Shown: positions 42,474-52,597, counted from the first letter of the stretch. The stretch is 64,000 nt of DNA from Actinomycetes bacterium (GCA_965278965.1 OZ257127.1:39159-103158), one strand, 5' to 3'. Made by a program: numbers and translations. The notes: generated from the letters alone by a model not told the origin.

Positions 42474-43070
42474 ATGAGCGATCCGGCCGCGCCACTCGTG
42501 TCGATCCGCGACCAGGTCGTCGGTGACGGTCCGGCCGTCGCCGACGTGATCGCCGCGGCCTTCGCCACGCAGCCGTCCGTCGTCGACCTGGAATCTGCTC
42601 TCGCCGCGCGGCCGGACTCCCACGGCTACGTGGCCGTCCATGCCGGCGGAGCCATCGTCGGACACGTACGGCTCACGCGGGGGTGGATCGACGCGCCGGA
42701 GCGGCTGGTCGAGGCGTTGACCCTGAGCCCGCTGTCGGTCGCGCCGGCCCACCAGCGGCGGGGGATTGGCCAGGCCCTCCTCACACACGCCGTCGCCGCA
42801 GCCGCCGGCCTCGGCGCACCGGCCGTGTTCCTCGAAGGCGATCCTCGCTACTACGGCCGGCTCGGCTGGCGGCCCGCCGCGGACGTGGGTGTCGAGCCGC
42901 CGTCAGCGCGCATTCCGGCGCCGGCGTTCCAGGTCGTCGCGCTGCCGGCACACGAGCCGTGGATGCGTGGGCGGTTCGTCTACGCGGAGACGTTCTGGGC
43001 CCACGACAGCGTGGGGCTGCGCGGCGCGGTGCTCGCCGACGTCCGCATGGCCCTCGGACTCGACGCGTAG
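42474..43070 (+). CDS. GNAT acetyltransferase (YhbS-like)
   Basis: LSPLSVAPAHQRRGIG, LEGDPRYYGRLGW. Confidence 0.88.
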   Translation: MSDPAAPLVSIRDQVVGDGPAVADVIAAAFATQPSVVDLESALAARPDSHGYVAVHAGGAIVGHVRLTRGWIDAPERLVEALTLSPLSVAPAHQRRGIGQALLTHAVAAAAGLGAPAVFLEGDPRYYGRLGWRPAADVGVEPPSARIPAPAFQVVALPAHEPWMRGRFVYAETFWAHDSVGLRGAVLADVRMALGLDA

Positions 43071-43131
43071 CAGCAGCCCCGGCAGAGGTTGCTGCCGACC
43101 GACAGCACTCGACGATGCGAAGGAGCACGTG

Positions 43132-43470
43132 ATGCAGCGGTATCTCGTTTCGTTCGACGACGGGTCGATGGTGTTCCCGGAGGAGGACCTCCCGGCCGTC
43201 AGCGAGGCGTCGCATGCCGTGGTCCAGGCCGCGAAGGACGCCGGGGTGTGGATCTTCGGCGGCGGCCTGCTCCGGCAGGTCGCATCGGTGGTCGGCACCG
43301 ACGGGTCGGTCGTGGACGGCCCCGACCCTGAGGTGAAGGTCGCCATCGGCGGCTTCTCCATCATCGAGGTGGAGTCCCGGGACGAGGCGCTTGAGTGGGC
43401 CGCCCGGTTCGCCGTCGCCTGCCGGTGCGCTCAGGAGGTCCGCGAGATCATGTACGACCCGCAGTCCTGA
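43132..43470 (+). CDS. YciI/DGPF-family protein
   Basis: VDGP..E.K..IGGFSIIEVESRDEALEWA. Confidence 0.85.
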   Translation: MQRYLVSFDDGSMVFPEEDLPAVSEASHAVVQAAKDAGVWIFGGGLLRQVASVVGTDGSVVDGPDPEVKVAIGGFSIIEVESRDEALEWAARFAVACRCAQEVREIMYDPQS

Positions 43471-44137
43471 CCGGAGCGAGGGTCTCCAACGCGTCGGGGA
43501 GCGCACCCAGCTCGACGATGCCCAGGTCGGCCTGGGCCGCCTCGGGCCAGGTCGAGTGGATGACCCCCCAGGGGCCGCGCCGCAGGTGCACGGCGGTCAT
43601 CCCGGCGGCCCGCGCGGGCAGGACGTCGTTGTCGACGCGGTCCCCGACATAGGCGATGCGGTCGGCCGGAGAGCCGAGCTCGGCCGCCACCCGGGCGAAG
43701 AACGCGGGCTCGGGCTTCGCCACACCCCACGACGCCGACGTCGCGACGCGGTCGACCGGCAAGGACTGAAGGAACGCCTCGACCTCGATCGGCTGGTTCG
43801 CCATCACGGCGAGCCGGTACCCACGTCGACGGAGCTCCCGCAGCGTCGACAACGCATCGGGGTACAGGTCGTCCGCCGTGACGGACCACCCGAACCCGGC
43901 TGCGGTCTTGCGCCGGACCTCGTCGGCCACGTCGCAGCCCGGCCGGAGCACCGCGAACGCGTCGGTGTGCGGTCGGCGCTCGGCGATAACCGCGCCGAGC
44001 ACGGCGAAGAACGTCAGCGTCGGGACGCCGAACCACGCGGCCCACTCGGCCCAGCTCCGGGTCTCGTCGACGAGGGTCTCGCCAAGGTCGAGGACCACCC
44101 AGTCGACGGGCCGCCGTGACGCGTCGTCCGAGGCCAC
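43448..44137 (-). CDS. HAD-family hydrolase
   Basis: DLGETLVD, KPEPAFF, YVGDRVDNDV. Confidence 0.9.
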   Translation of the reverse strand: MASDDASRRPVDWVVLDLGETLVDETRSWAEWAAWFGVPTLTFFAVLGAVIAERRPHTDAFAVLRPGCDVADEVRRKTAAGFGWSVTADDLYPDALSTLRELRRRGYRLAVMANQPIEVEAFLQSLPVDRVATSASWGVAKPEPAFFARVAAELGSPADRIAYVGDRVDNDVLPARAAGMTAVHLRRGPWGVIHSTWPEAAQADLGIVELGALPDALETLAPVRTAGRT

Positions 44138-44139
44138 CG

Positions 44140-44364
44140 TTACTGCAGGTAGGACTCGACCTCGGAGACCGGCCGCTCCTGCGCCGCCTCCGGATCGCCG
44201 CCGACCTCGCGCAGCGCGTCGCGCTGGCGCAGGAGGTCCCAGATCTGGTCGAGCCGGGTCTCGAGGTCGCCGAGCTCGCGACGGGCGTCATCGTCCATCG
44301 GCCCCTGGCGCAGGCGGTGCTCGGCCTCGACGAGCTCGGTGATCTGGCGGTGCAGGTCGTCCAT
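44140..44364 (-). CDS. DUF2630-like small protein
   Basis: ITELVEAEHRLR...LDQIWDLLRQRDALR...VESYLQ. Confidence 0.85.
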   Translation of the reverse strand: MDDLHRQITELVEAEHRLRQGPMDDDARRELGDLETRLDQIWDLLRQRDALREVGGDPEAAQERPVSEVESYLQ

Positions 44365-44405
44365 CGGGACTCCTCGGTTGGTGGATGCGGGCGCTGGGTC
44401 GAACG

Positions 44406-45131
44406 CTAGGCGCTGGGGCCGAACCGTTCGACGCGGATCGCCGCCGCGTCGACCCCGAGCCCGACGAGCAGGTGCGTCGCCGACTCCGCGAACTGCGCGG
44501 AGCCGCACACGTAGAACGCCTGAGCCGCGTGCAGGTGCGGTTCGAGGTCGGCGGCTGTGAGCCGGCCGGGCGGGCGACCGGACGGACCGGGCTCCCGGGA
44601 CAACGCGACGACGTTGCAGCCACCGAGGATCTCGTCGACGTACGGCAGGTCGTCTCGCGTGGAGCCGGCGGCGACCAGGCAGATGCGGTCCCGCGCATCG
44701 GTGTCGCGGGCGTGCCGCAGCATCGACACGAGGGGGACGACACCGCTCCCGCCGCCGATCGCCAGTGCGGGGGTGGACCCGTCCCACACGAACCAGCCGC
44801 CGAGCGGGCCGCGGACCTCGAGCTCGTCCCCGGGCTGGACCACATCGGCAAGGAACTCGGACACCTCGCCGGTCGCGAGCTGCTTCACGCAGAGCTCGAC
44901 CAGGTCGTCCGACGGCGCGGACGCCACCGAGTAGGAGCGCGACGCCGTGTAGCCGTCGTCGGCGCGCAGCCGGACGACATAGTGCTGGCCGGCCAGATGC
45001 GGCACTCGGTCCTCGACATCGAGGCGGAGCACGGCGAAACGGGGACCGTCACGGCCCACGCTGCTGACGACGGCGCGGCGCCAGCCGCCTGAAGGTGCCG
45101 GCGGCGCCGCGAGACGCGCGACGTCAGTCAC
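44406..45131 (-). CDS. FAD/NAD-binding ferredoxin reductase-like oxidoreductase
   Basis: RSYSVAS, GEVS, GGSGVVP, YVCGS, ERFG. Confidence 0.9.
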   Translation of the reverse strand: MTDVARLAAPPAPSGGWRRAVVSSVGRDGPRFAVLRLDVEDRVPHLAGQHYVVRLRADDGYTASRSYSVASAPSDDLVELCVKQLATGEVSEFLADVVQPGDELEVRGPLGGWFVWDGSTPALAIGGGSGVVPLVSMLRHARDTDARDRICLVAAGSTRDDLPYVDEILGGCNVVALSREPGPSGRPPGRLTAADLEPHLHAAQAFYVCGSAQFAESATHLLVGLGVDAAAIRVERFGPSA

Positions 45132-45729
45132 CCTGGTACCGCTGCTCGAGCCACGGGTCGCCGCGGTCGTGGTAGCCGTTCTGCTCCCAGAACCCCTGCT
45201 CGTCGTGGTCCATCAACGTCAGGCGGGTCACCCACTTCGCGCTCTTCCAGAAGTACAGGTGCGGGACGAGCAGCCGGGCCGGTCCGCCGTGGTCGGGGGA
45301 GAGCGGCGCGTCCTCGTGGCTCCAGGCGACCCACGCCTTTCCACCGCGAAGGTCGTCGAGCGGGAGGTTCGTCGTGTAGCCCGTCGTGGACGTCGCCATG
45401 ACGTACGCGGCCGTCGGCTGGGGGACGGCGGCGTCGAGAAGGACGTCGACGCTCACGCCGCCGAACCAGGTGCCGAGCTTGGACCAGGTCGTCACGCAAT
45501 GGATGTCGCCGCGGTACTCGGACTGCGGGAGCGCGTGCGCCTCGTCCCAGGTCCAGGTGGTCGGGGTCTCGACGAGGCCGTCGACCGTGATGCTCCACCG
45601 CGACGTGTGCAGGTTGGGCGTGACCTCGGCGGTCAGAACTGGCCAGTCGGCGCCGGTGTCGTACTGCCCCGGCGGGAGCCGAGGATCGCGATCTCGGCTG
45701 CGCGAGGAGAACCCGCGGGTAATGCCCAT
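45124..45729 (-). CDS. Sulfite oxidase-like molybdopterin oxidoreductase
   Basis: RLPPGQY, DIHCVTTWSK, HGGPARL, YFWKSAKW, GFWEQNGYH. Confidence 0.92.
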   Translation of the reverse strand: MGITRGFSSRSRDRDPRLPPGQYDTGADWPVLTAEVTPNLHTSRWSITVDGLVETPTTWTWDEAHALPQSEYRGDIHCVTTWSKLGTWFGGVSVDVLLDAAVPQPTAAYVMATSTTGYTTNLPLDDLRGGKAWVAWSHEDAPLSPDHGGPARLLVPHLYFWKSAKWVTRLTLMDHDEQGFWEQNGYHDRGDPWLEQRYQGD

Positions 45730-45766
45730 CGCTGCCTCCCGGGCTCGCCCTCGATGCGCGCAGACG

Positions 45767-46300
45767 CTACCCGATCGGGCACACCCACACCGCGCCACCG
45801 GACCCGTTGAGCGCGTCGGTCGTCCCGAAAGCCTCTTCGCACAGCATGCTCGCCTGCTGCTCGCCGTCAGGCGCGTAGACGAGCGGGAGGTCGATGGCAC
45901 CCAGGTAGTTGGTGCAGTCAGGCATCCCGTATCCGGCCGAGAACGCCGGCAGGCTCCAACCGCCCAGGAAGTTCACCCAGGTGTTCTGCGTCCGTCGCTC
46001 GCAGCCGCCCGAGGGGTAGACGGGGCCGGATCCGGCGTCGGACTCGTAGGCCCAGGTGACCGACCGTGTGCAGGTGAACCCGCCGTCGCCGCCGTTCGGC
46101 CACTGCTCCCACGTGGCGACCCACGGCGACCAACCGGCTGCGGAGTCCTTCGCGGATGTCACGGGGCAGGGTGCGTCGGCCGAGGGGCGGCCGACGGACT
46201 CGTGCCAGATCTGGTCGGCGGACGCGGCCGGTGCAACGGCCAAAGCAGCGCCGGCAACGAGGGTCACCGCCCCGGCAGCGGCAAGCAAGCGGTTCCTCAT
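45767..46300 (-). CDS. Secreted Cys/Trp-rich hypothetical protein
   Basis: GGAGG RBS; signal peptide ending ASA; W..SVGR...C...GW..W..W...GGFTCTR module. Confidence 0.75.
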   Translation of the reverse strand: MRNRLLAAAGAVTLVAGAALAVAPAASADQIWHESVGRPSADAPCPVTSAKDSAAGWSPWVATWEQWPNGGDGGFTCTRSVTWAYESDAGSGPVYPSGGCERRTQNTWVNFLGGWSLPAFSAGYGMPDCTNYLGAIDLPLVYAPDGEQQASMLCEEAFGTTDALNGSGGAVWVCPIG

Positions 46301-46401
46301 GACGTAGTCCTCCAGGTGCCGATGCGGGGGGGGTGCGCGAAACCCTACGTGAACGTCAACGGCCACGGTGTGTCGCCCGCGGTACAAGCGCGGGCGTGAT
46401 C

Positions 46402-46743
46402 TCACAGGCCGAGGTGGCCCTCGGCGACGTACTTCGGGACGACCATCCGCCACGCGTCGAGCACGAGTTCTTCCAGCTCGTCGCGGTCCAGGGCGTCGAG
46501 CCGAACCTCGAGCCAGTTGTAGCGCAGGTCTGAGGGGATCGGTCGGACGAACTTGTCGGGCTCGGCGTCGAGCATCGCCTCGCGCTCCTCCTTCGGGAAC
46601 GCGAAGCCCAGCTGCGACTCGTCCCGGGAGAACGCCAGGTAGACGATGCGGCCGACACGGAACTTCACCCGACCGCGGACGAAGGCCTCGTAGCTGCGCG
46701 GCAGGTCGGACACGATCTCGCGCACGTCCTCGATCGTGGCCAC
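46402..46743 (-). CDS. MmcQ/YjbR-family DNA-binding protein
   Basis: ATIEDVREIVSDLP, KFRVG, ELVLDAWRMVVPK. Confidence 0.85.
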   Translation of the reverse strand: MATIEDVREIVSDLPRSYEAFVRGRVKFRVGRIVYLAFSRDESQLGFAFPKEEREAMLDAEPDKFVRPIPSDLRYNWLEVRLDALDRDELEELVLDAWRMVVPKYVAEGHLGL

Positions 46744-46785
46744 GGACCCCTCCTGCTGGCTGCTCCTGTCCGGCAGTATCGCCGT

Positions 46786-47385
46786 GTGGACGCCGACGTG
46801 CTCAAGGACGACCTTCTCCACTACCTGCAGGTGTCCCGTGACGCGCTGCTCTGGAAGCTGGACGGCCTGTCCGAGTACGACGTGCGCCGCCCGCTGGTGC
46901 CGACGGGCACGAACCTGCTGGGCCTCGTCAAGCATGTGGCGTCGGTCGAGTCGTTCTACCTGGGCGGGGTGTTCGGACGGCCGTTCGGCGAGCCGGTGCC
47001 GTGGTTCGAGGACGGCTCGGAGGCCAACGCGGACCTGTGGGCCACGCCGGACCAGAGCCGCGAGCAGATCATGGGGCTGTACCGGCGCGCATGGACGCAC
47101 TCGGACGCGACAGTCCACGCCCTGGACCTGGACGCCGTCGGCGATGTGCCCTGGTGGCACCCGCACAGCGCGATCACGTTGCACCGCATGCTCGTCCACG
47201 TCGTCGCCGAGACGAACCGGCACGCGGGGCAGGCCGACCTCGTGCGTGAGCTCATCGACGGAGCCGTCGGGTTCACGAGCGGGAACGGCATCCTGGCCGA
47301 CCTTGATGAGGCGGGCTGGTCGGCGCACGTCTCGCGCGTCGAGGCGGCTGCGCGGGAGGCGTCCCGGCGCGCCGGGGAGACGTGA
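46786..47385 (+). CDS. DinB/DUF664-family protein
   Basis: TGTNLLGLVKH, HVVAETNRHAGQAD. Confidence 0.9.
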   Translation: MDADVLKDDLLHYLQVSRDALLWKLDGLSEYDVRRPLVPTGTNLLGLVKHVASVESFYLGGVFGRPFGEPVPWFEDGSEANADLWATPDQSREQIMGLYRRAWTHSDATVHALDLDAVGDVPWWHPHSAITLHRMLVHVVAETNRHAGQADLVRELIDGAVGFTSGNGILADLDEAGWSAHVSRVEAAAREASRRAGET

Positions 47386-47397
47386 GAACGCCGGATC

Positions 47398-48636
47398 CTA
47401 CGGGCGGTGGAGCGCCGGGATCGGCTCGTCCGGTCCCGTCGTCTTGAGCCACCGGAAGATCGCGAAGAACCAGACCGCCATGAGCTCGGCGACCAGGATC
47501 GCGGCCAGCAACCATGGTGGCGGTCGCAGCCAGCCGACCACGAGCGCGAGCGCCACGGCGACCGCGATGGCCCACGCGACCGGGCGGTACACGCGCGCCA
47601 GCCGCACCCAGTCGGCCAGGGACGACATCGTGAGGACGAGCGCGCCGAGCCCGACGGCCACGGTGACGACGAGCAGCTGCGAGATCGTCTCCGGCGTGCG
47701 GGAGTCCTCGGCATGCTCGATGAGGCCGGCCAGCACGGCACCCGATGCCGCGATGCTCATCGTGATCGGGAGGTGGCCGAGGTTCCACCGCGCGAACGCG
47801 CCGCGGCTGACGCGCACCCGTCGGCCGCCTACGAAGTCGAAGTAGGTCCACCAGTAGGCGAACCCGATCATGAGCCCGACCATCCCGGTGGTGACGGCGA
47901 TCGGGGTGCGGTCGGCTCCGGCGATCCCGTTCACGACGCCGACGACAACCTCGCCGAGGACGATGATGGTGAACAGGTCGAGGCGTTCGATGAGCGATTC
48001 CGTGTCCTCGAGCGCCGAGTCCGCCGACGTGCCGGATGCCCACGTGAGCACGAGCAGGCCCACGACCCAGCCCACCACGACGACAGCCCACAAGCTGACT
48101 CTCAGCGGTGACGGGACGAAGGCGCTCGTCCCGACGATCACGATCGAGATGCCCATCCCGACGAGGTACGGCGTCGTCACCGGCCGGAAGCGCTCGTCGT
48201 CCTGGCGGCGGACCGTGTACCAGAGCCACATGAGGACGACGAGAAAGGCGCAGTAGACGAGGGCGAAGGCGCGGCCGTCGTCGCCGGTGGCGTTCGCGGT
48301 GAACACGGCGAGCAGGGCGAGGATCGCCATCTGCAGGAACACGTAGGTCCGGGTGCGGCCGTCGTCGTGCCCGTGTAGCTCGTGGTAGGCCGCCCCGTTG
48401 AGCCAGGCGATCCACACGAGGCCGAAGACGATCGCGAACTGGCCGGCCGCACCCCACGAGATGTGCTCGGCGAGATGGTGCGCCGCCTGCGCGACGACGA
48501 CGACGTAGACGAGGTCGTAGAAGAGCTCGAGGAAGCTGACGCGACGGTCACGGATCAGGTCGCCGTGGGCGCGCGGCGGCAGCCAGAAGTAGCGGCGGAA
48601 GCCGGCCAGGCCGGCGAGGTCTCGGGCGGCGCCCAC
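47398..48636 (-). CDS. Low temperature requirement protein A (LtrA) family membrane protein
   Basis: VSFLELFYDLVYV, ERLDLFTIIVLGE. Confidence 0.9.
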   Translation of the reverse strand: MGAARDLAGLAGFRRYFWLPPRAHGDLIRDRRVSFLELFYDLVYVVVVAQAAHHLAEHISWGAAGQFAIVFGLVWIAWLNGAAYHELHGHDDGRTRTYVFLQMAILALLAVFTANATGDDGRAFALVYCAFLVVLMWLWYTVRRQDDERFRPVTTPYLVGMGISIVIVGTSAFVPSPLRVSLWAVVVVGWVVGLLVLTWASGTSADSALEDTESLIERLDLFTIIVLGEVVVGVVNGIAGADRTPIAVTTGMVGLMIGFAYWWTYFDFVGGRRVRVSRGAFARWNLGHLPITMSIAASGAVLAGLIEHAEDSRTPETISQLLVVTVAVGLGALVLTMSSLADWVRLARVYRPVAWAIAVAVALALVVGWLRPPPWLLAAILVAELMAVWFFAIFRWLKTTGPDEPIPALHRP

Positions 48637-48645
48637 GCGCGGAGG

Positions 48646-49386
48646 CTACTGGACCGCGATCTTCCACCTCTGGTCCTGGTCGGCGTAGATCCTGACGAGG
48701 CCGGGGTCGATCGTGTGCGTCCCGTCGTAGTTCCCGGCGTAGTAGCCCTGGTTGTTGAACAAGAACCCTGGGCCGTCGGGCGTCTCTGCCCAGACGCGGA
48801 GGTTCCCCTTGCCCCGCTGGGTGAAATGGGCCGGCGAGCCTGGCGGGCCGTCGAACCGGACGACGTCGTCGCCACTGCCCTTCACGGTGCCCGATCCGAA
48901 CGTGGGCACGGTGGACACGTCGTCGACTGCGATCGTCCACGTCCCGTCGGTCTTGATCTGCAGCCCGCCCCAGTCGCCGGCGTACGCAAGCCGTGTGCCG
49001 GCGTAGTCACCGACCACGTTGACGAGCTCGTCGACCTTCGTTCCATCGGCACCGAGCATGTACGCGACGAACGTGCCATCACCAGAGTGCGTGATCGTCG
49101 CGACGTAGGGCAGGCCGTCGGTCGTGAACCTCTCGGTCTTGTTCCCGCGGCCCGAGAACGTCATCGGTGCGACGGCGGCCGTGGAGACCGGGCTGGGCGA
49201 CGGGTTCGTCGTCTCGGTCGGCTGGGGGGACGGGGTGGCCGGCGGAGTTGCGCCAGCGCTTGGAGTCGCTGCGGTCGCGATGGACGCCGCCGACGCCTGC
49301 GACGGCGTCTCCTGCGACTCGGCACCTCCCGAGCATGCTGCGACAAGCGCGGCGCAGGACGCGGAGATGATCAGCAGACGACGCAT
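48646..49386 (-). CDS. Hypothetical lipoprotein
   Basis: VAAC lipobox, Pro/Thr linker, two repeated beta modules (FSGRGN.. / VKGSGDDV..). Confidence 0.75.
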   Translation of the reverse strand: MRRLLIISASCAALVAACSGGAESQETPSQASAASIATAATPSAGATPPATPSPQPTETTNPSPSPVSTAAVAPMTFSGRGNKTERFTTDGLPYVATITHSGDGTFVAYMLGADGTKVDELVNVVGDYAGTRLAYAGDWGGLQIKTDGTWTIAVDDVSTVPTFGSGTVKGSGDDVVRFDGPPGSPAHFTQRGKGNLRVWAETPDGPGFLFNNQGYYAGNYDGTHTIDPGLVRIYADQDQRWKIAVQ

Positions 49387-49438
49387 CCGCCCTCCCGTCT
49401 CCGACGCGAGGGTACCGATCCGCGCCGCGGGTTGGCGC

Positions 49439-50290
49439 TCAGTCGACGCGCAGGCGACCTAGCCATTCGACCATCGCGGGGTCGCGGTGGTCGAAGAACA
49501 CGCTGGAGCCGGAATCGAGGCCGGCGATGGTCGCCATGTCGTCCTCAGTGAGCTCGAAGTCGAGAACTCCGAGGTTCTCGGCCATGCGGTCGAGACGAAC
49601 CGACTTGGAGACGACAACCACCCCGCGCTGCATGAGCCACCGGACCACGACCTGGGCGACCGTCTTCATGTGCCGGTGACCGATGGCGGTCAGGGTCGGG
49701 TCGGTGAACAGGTTGTTACGTCCCTCGGCGAAGGGCGCCCACGACTCGATCTGCACACCGAGCTCGGCCATCAGCCGCTGCTCGTCGACCCGCTGGTGGA
49801 ACGGGTTGGTCTCCACCTGGTTGACGGCAGGGGTTACGTCGTTGTGGAGGTTCAGGTCGACGAGCCGGTCGGGGAAGAAGTTGGACACGCCGATCGCTCG
49901 GACGAGTCCGTCGGCGTAGAACTGCTCCATCGCGTGCCAGGCGCTGTAGTAGTCGCCGTAGGGCTGATGCACCAGGTACAGGTCGAGCCGGTCGATGCCG
50001 AGTCGCTCCAGCGAGCTCTCGAACTCACGGCGGACCGTCTCGGCTCCGCCGCGCTGGATCCACACCTTCGTGGTGATGAACAGCTCGTCGCGGGGGATCC
50101 CGCTCGAGGCGAGCGCCCGGCCGACGGCCGCCTCGTTCTCGTAGGCCGCCGCCGTGTCGATCGAGCGGTAGCCGACGGCGAGGGCGTCGACGACGACGCG
50201 CTCGGTCTCATCGGGCGGGACCTGGTAGACGCCGAACCCGAGGACCGGCATCTCGACGCCGTTGTTGAGGGTGACCGTGGGGATCTGCAT
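49439..50290 (-). CDS. Aldo/keto reductase (DkgA-like)
   Basis: [29 protein letters not shown]. Confidence 0.93.
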   Translation of the reverse strand: MQIPTVTLNNGVEMPVLGFGVYQVPPDETERVVVDALAVGYRSIDTAAAYENEAAVGRALASSGIPRDELFITTKVWIQRGGAETVRREFESSLERLGIDRLDLYLVHQPYGDYYSAWHAMEQFYADGLVRAIGVSNFFPDRLVDLNLHNDVTPAVNQVETNPFHQRVDEQRLMAELGVQIESWAPFAEGRNNLFTDPTLTAIGHRHMKTVAQVVVRWLMQRGVVVVSKSVRLDRMAENLGVLDFELTEDDMATIAGLDSGSSVFFDHRDPAMVEWLGRLRVD

Positions 50291-50311
50291 GATGCGATCC
50301 TCCCACCGTCG

Positions 50312-50968
50312 CTAGCCGAGGCTGGGGATGCTCCGCGTGCAGACCCAGCCACCGGTGACCGGGACGGCCCACTCCTGCCACGACGTCGTCCAACCGGCCT
50401 CGCACGTGGTGTCCTTGTCCGCGCGGCCGTAGGCCTGAACCCACCAGGGGACCGGCGTGGATTCTCCAGCACTGGTCCGCGGCCCCGCCCACGTGATCAG
50501 GTGCTGCGGCGCGGCGTCGCCGTGCTCCGCGATGACGGCTCCGACGAACAACGGGGTGCCGACGCCATCCGTGGTGGCGAGCGTCGTCGTGATGACCGTC
50601 GTGCCGCCGCCGGCCGAGTAGGCGTACCAGTCACGCTGGTTGGTGTACCCCGGAACGTTGCCCTGTATCCCGTGCAACGACGAGTTGCCGTACGAAGACG
50701 GGTTCATCAGGTAGCCGGCGGCCGTCGCGCCGCCCGTGCCGTACGGGCCGTTGCCGTTGTACAGCACCGTGCTGGGCGAAAGCGTGCAGGTGGGGCCCAT
50801 CGTGATCACGATGGTGTCGCCGGGATCGGCGACGAGGGGGGTGTCGTTGTGGCAGTCGACGGTCAGATTCACGGTGCCCGCCGCTGATGCAGGCGCCGCG
50901 CCCACGACTCCGAGTCCTGCAACAACCGCCACTGCGGCGACTGCCGCGATCCAACGCCGTGCGCGCAC
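50312..50968 (-). CDS. Secreted hypothetical protein with C-terminal Trp/Cys module
   Basis: Signal peptide ending ASA; WWVQAYGR...C..GW..SWQEW....GGWVCTR. Confidence 0.75.
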   Translation of the reverse strand: MRARRWIAAVAAVAVVAGLGVVGAAPASAAGTVNLTVDCHNDTPLVADPGDTIVITMGPTCTLSPSTVLYNGNGPYGTGGATAAGYLMNPSSYGNSSLHGIQGNVPGYTNQRDWYAYSAGGGTTVITTTLATTDGVGTPLFVGAVIAEHGDAAPQHLITWAGPRTSAGESTPVPWWVQAYGRADKDTTCEAGWTTSWQEWAVPVTGGWVCTRSIPSLG

Positions 50969-51273
50969 GCGATTCCCCGTTCCCGATTGACCGTGACCGC
51001 CGGGGGCGGCTCGCTGGCCGGAAGATGGCGCACGGGCAACGTCGGCGCGGCGCGATGAATCGCGACCACGATGCGTTCACGGCAAAGGCCGCGCCCGCAC
51101 GACCGCACCGGTCGCCGTTCCTGCTTGACATCGAAGGCAGCTGAGGGTCGCTGGCAGATCACGGGCTTCGAAGGTCGCGCGTTCACAATCGGTCTGCCGT
51201 ATCGTTGGACCGACCGTCGACGAACACATCAGTGCAGGCGGCGACCGACGGATAGGTAACGGGGGACTGTTCG

Positions 51274-52293
51274 GTGAGCAGTATGCGACGTGCGGCGATT
51301 GCGATACTGGCGGTCGGCGCATCGCTGGGGGCATTGCTCGTCGGGGCTGGGCCCACGCAAGCTGCGTACCTTGATGTTCTGACACCCGAAGATTCCGTGG
51401 TCATCTCGGCGTGCGGTGGAAGAGGGTATGCCGGCGCCAACGGAACTGTTCAGACTCGCGTGGGCTCCGGTGGTTGGGTCAACCGCGGGCGTACACAGGT
51501 GAACTCACGAGGCTGCATCAGTGAGGTGGTCTGGCCAGCCGACTTGGCTAGTTCCGATGTCGGCCAGATCGCCATTCGCGTGCTCGTTCCACGGCAGAAG
51601 ACCAAGAAGGGCACCGTCCCGACGTGGCGCACCGTGGAGACCGCGTACCGAGTGTGGCCGGCCCCCAGCTCGGGGCGAGAGCCAATCCCGCATCTTGACG
51701 CGTTCGCCGAGAAGTACCAGACCAGCGTGGCGACCGTCCTGTGCTACTCGAGCAGAGGAGGCGGTGCTCAGGGAACGGCATTCCGCGTCCCAGTTACCCT
51801 TGGCGCTCAAGCTCTGGCGACCGGGTACGGGGACGTATTTCTGGTGACGGCGGGACACGTTGTGGCGGAGTGCAACTACTCCGACCACAACGAGGTCACG
51901 GTGGTCTATCGCGGGCAGAACTACCGCGGTGTGGTGTGGAACGCCTTCGACGATCCAGACGTCGCCACGATCATCACCAGCGCTCCGCTGGAACCCGTTC
52001 AGTTGTCACGCGGGGCTCGCCCCCAGATCGGCGACGCCGGGGTGTCGATCGGAACTGCTGGTGGGATCGTGAGCACTACGACGCAAGGAACGATCAACGG
52101 TGTGAGCGACGCGTCGTTGAACACGACGATCCCCTCCGGCCATGGCGCGAGCGGAGGACCGGTGTTCAACAACAGAGGTCAACTCGTGGGCATCATCACA
52201 GCCGGGAACGGCAGCCTGACTGAGGTGACGGCGCTTCCATCGTTCTGCGACACCGTGTACGCGCCAGCGTGGTGCTCCACTCCGGTGTGGTGA
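51274..52293 (+). CDS. Secreted trypsin-like (S1) serine protease
   Basis: Signal peptide; triad TAGHV, DPDVA, GASGGP. Confidence 0.85.
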   Translation: MSSMRRAAIAILAVGASLGALLVGAGPTQAAYLDVLTPEDSVVISACGGRGYAGANGTVQTRVGSGGWVNRGRTQVNSRGCISEVVWPADLASSDVGQIAIRVLVPRQKTKKGTVPTWRTVETAYRVWPAPSSGREPIPHLDAFAEKYQTSVATVLCYSSRGGGAQGTAFRVPVTLGAQALATGYGDVFLVTAGHVVAECNYSDHNEVTVVYRGQNYRGVVWNAFDDPDVATIITSAPLEPVQLSRGARPQIGDAGVSIGTAGGIVSTTTQGTINGVSDASLNTTIPSGHGASGGPVFNNRGQLVGIITAGNGSLTEVTALPSFCDTVYAPAWCSTPVW

Positions 52294-52405
52294 GCCGATC
52301 ATCGTTCGCTCTGCGGCGCGGCGGCGATGTCGAACGCGAAACGCGCGCACGACTAACTCCGTTCCGTCCTGCAGGAGCGACTCGGGCGGTAGATGGACCG
52401 TAGAC

Positions 52406-52447
52406 GAAAGGCCCCTGCCCAGCGTTCCCGCTGAGCAGGGGCCTTTC
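52406..52447 (-). terminator. Terminator-like hairpin downstream of tRNA-Leu(GAG)
   Basis: gaaaggcccctgc...gcaggggcctttc. Confidence 0.65.
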
Positions 52448-52453
52448 TGTCGG

Positions 52454-52539
52454 TGTCCGAGGGGGGACTTGAACCCCCATGCCCCGTAAAGGGCACTAGC
52501 ACCTCAAGCTAGCGCGTCTGCCTATTCCGCCACCCGGAC
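52454..52539 (-). tRNA. tRNA-Leu(GAG)
   Basis: GTCCGGG...TCGGACA; anticodon arm CTAGC-TT-GAG-GT-GCTAG; long variable arm; GGTTCAAGTCC. Confidence 0.95.
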
Positions 52540-52597
52540 GAGTGCCGGACAAGCATACCCATGGCGATCCGGCGACCGAACCCGGCAGGATGGCCGC

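Noticed and set aside
47398-48636. Group II intron maturase suggested by the name LtrA
   Set aside because: This is the multi-TM low temperature requirement A family; it has no reverse transcriptase motifs.
52380-52539. Intact integrative element at tRNA-Leu(GAG)
   Set aside because: No integrase and no duplicate of this tRNA's 3' end found by eye in the window.
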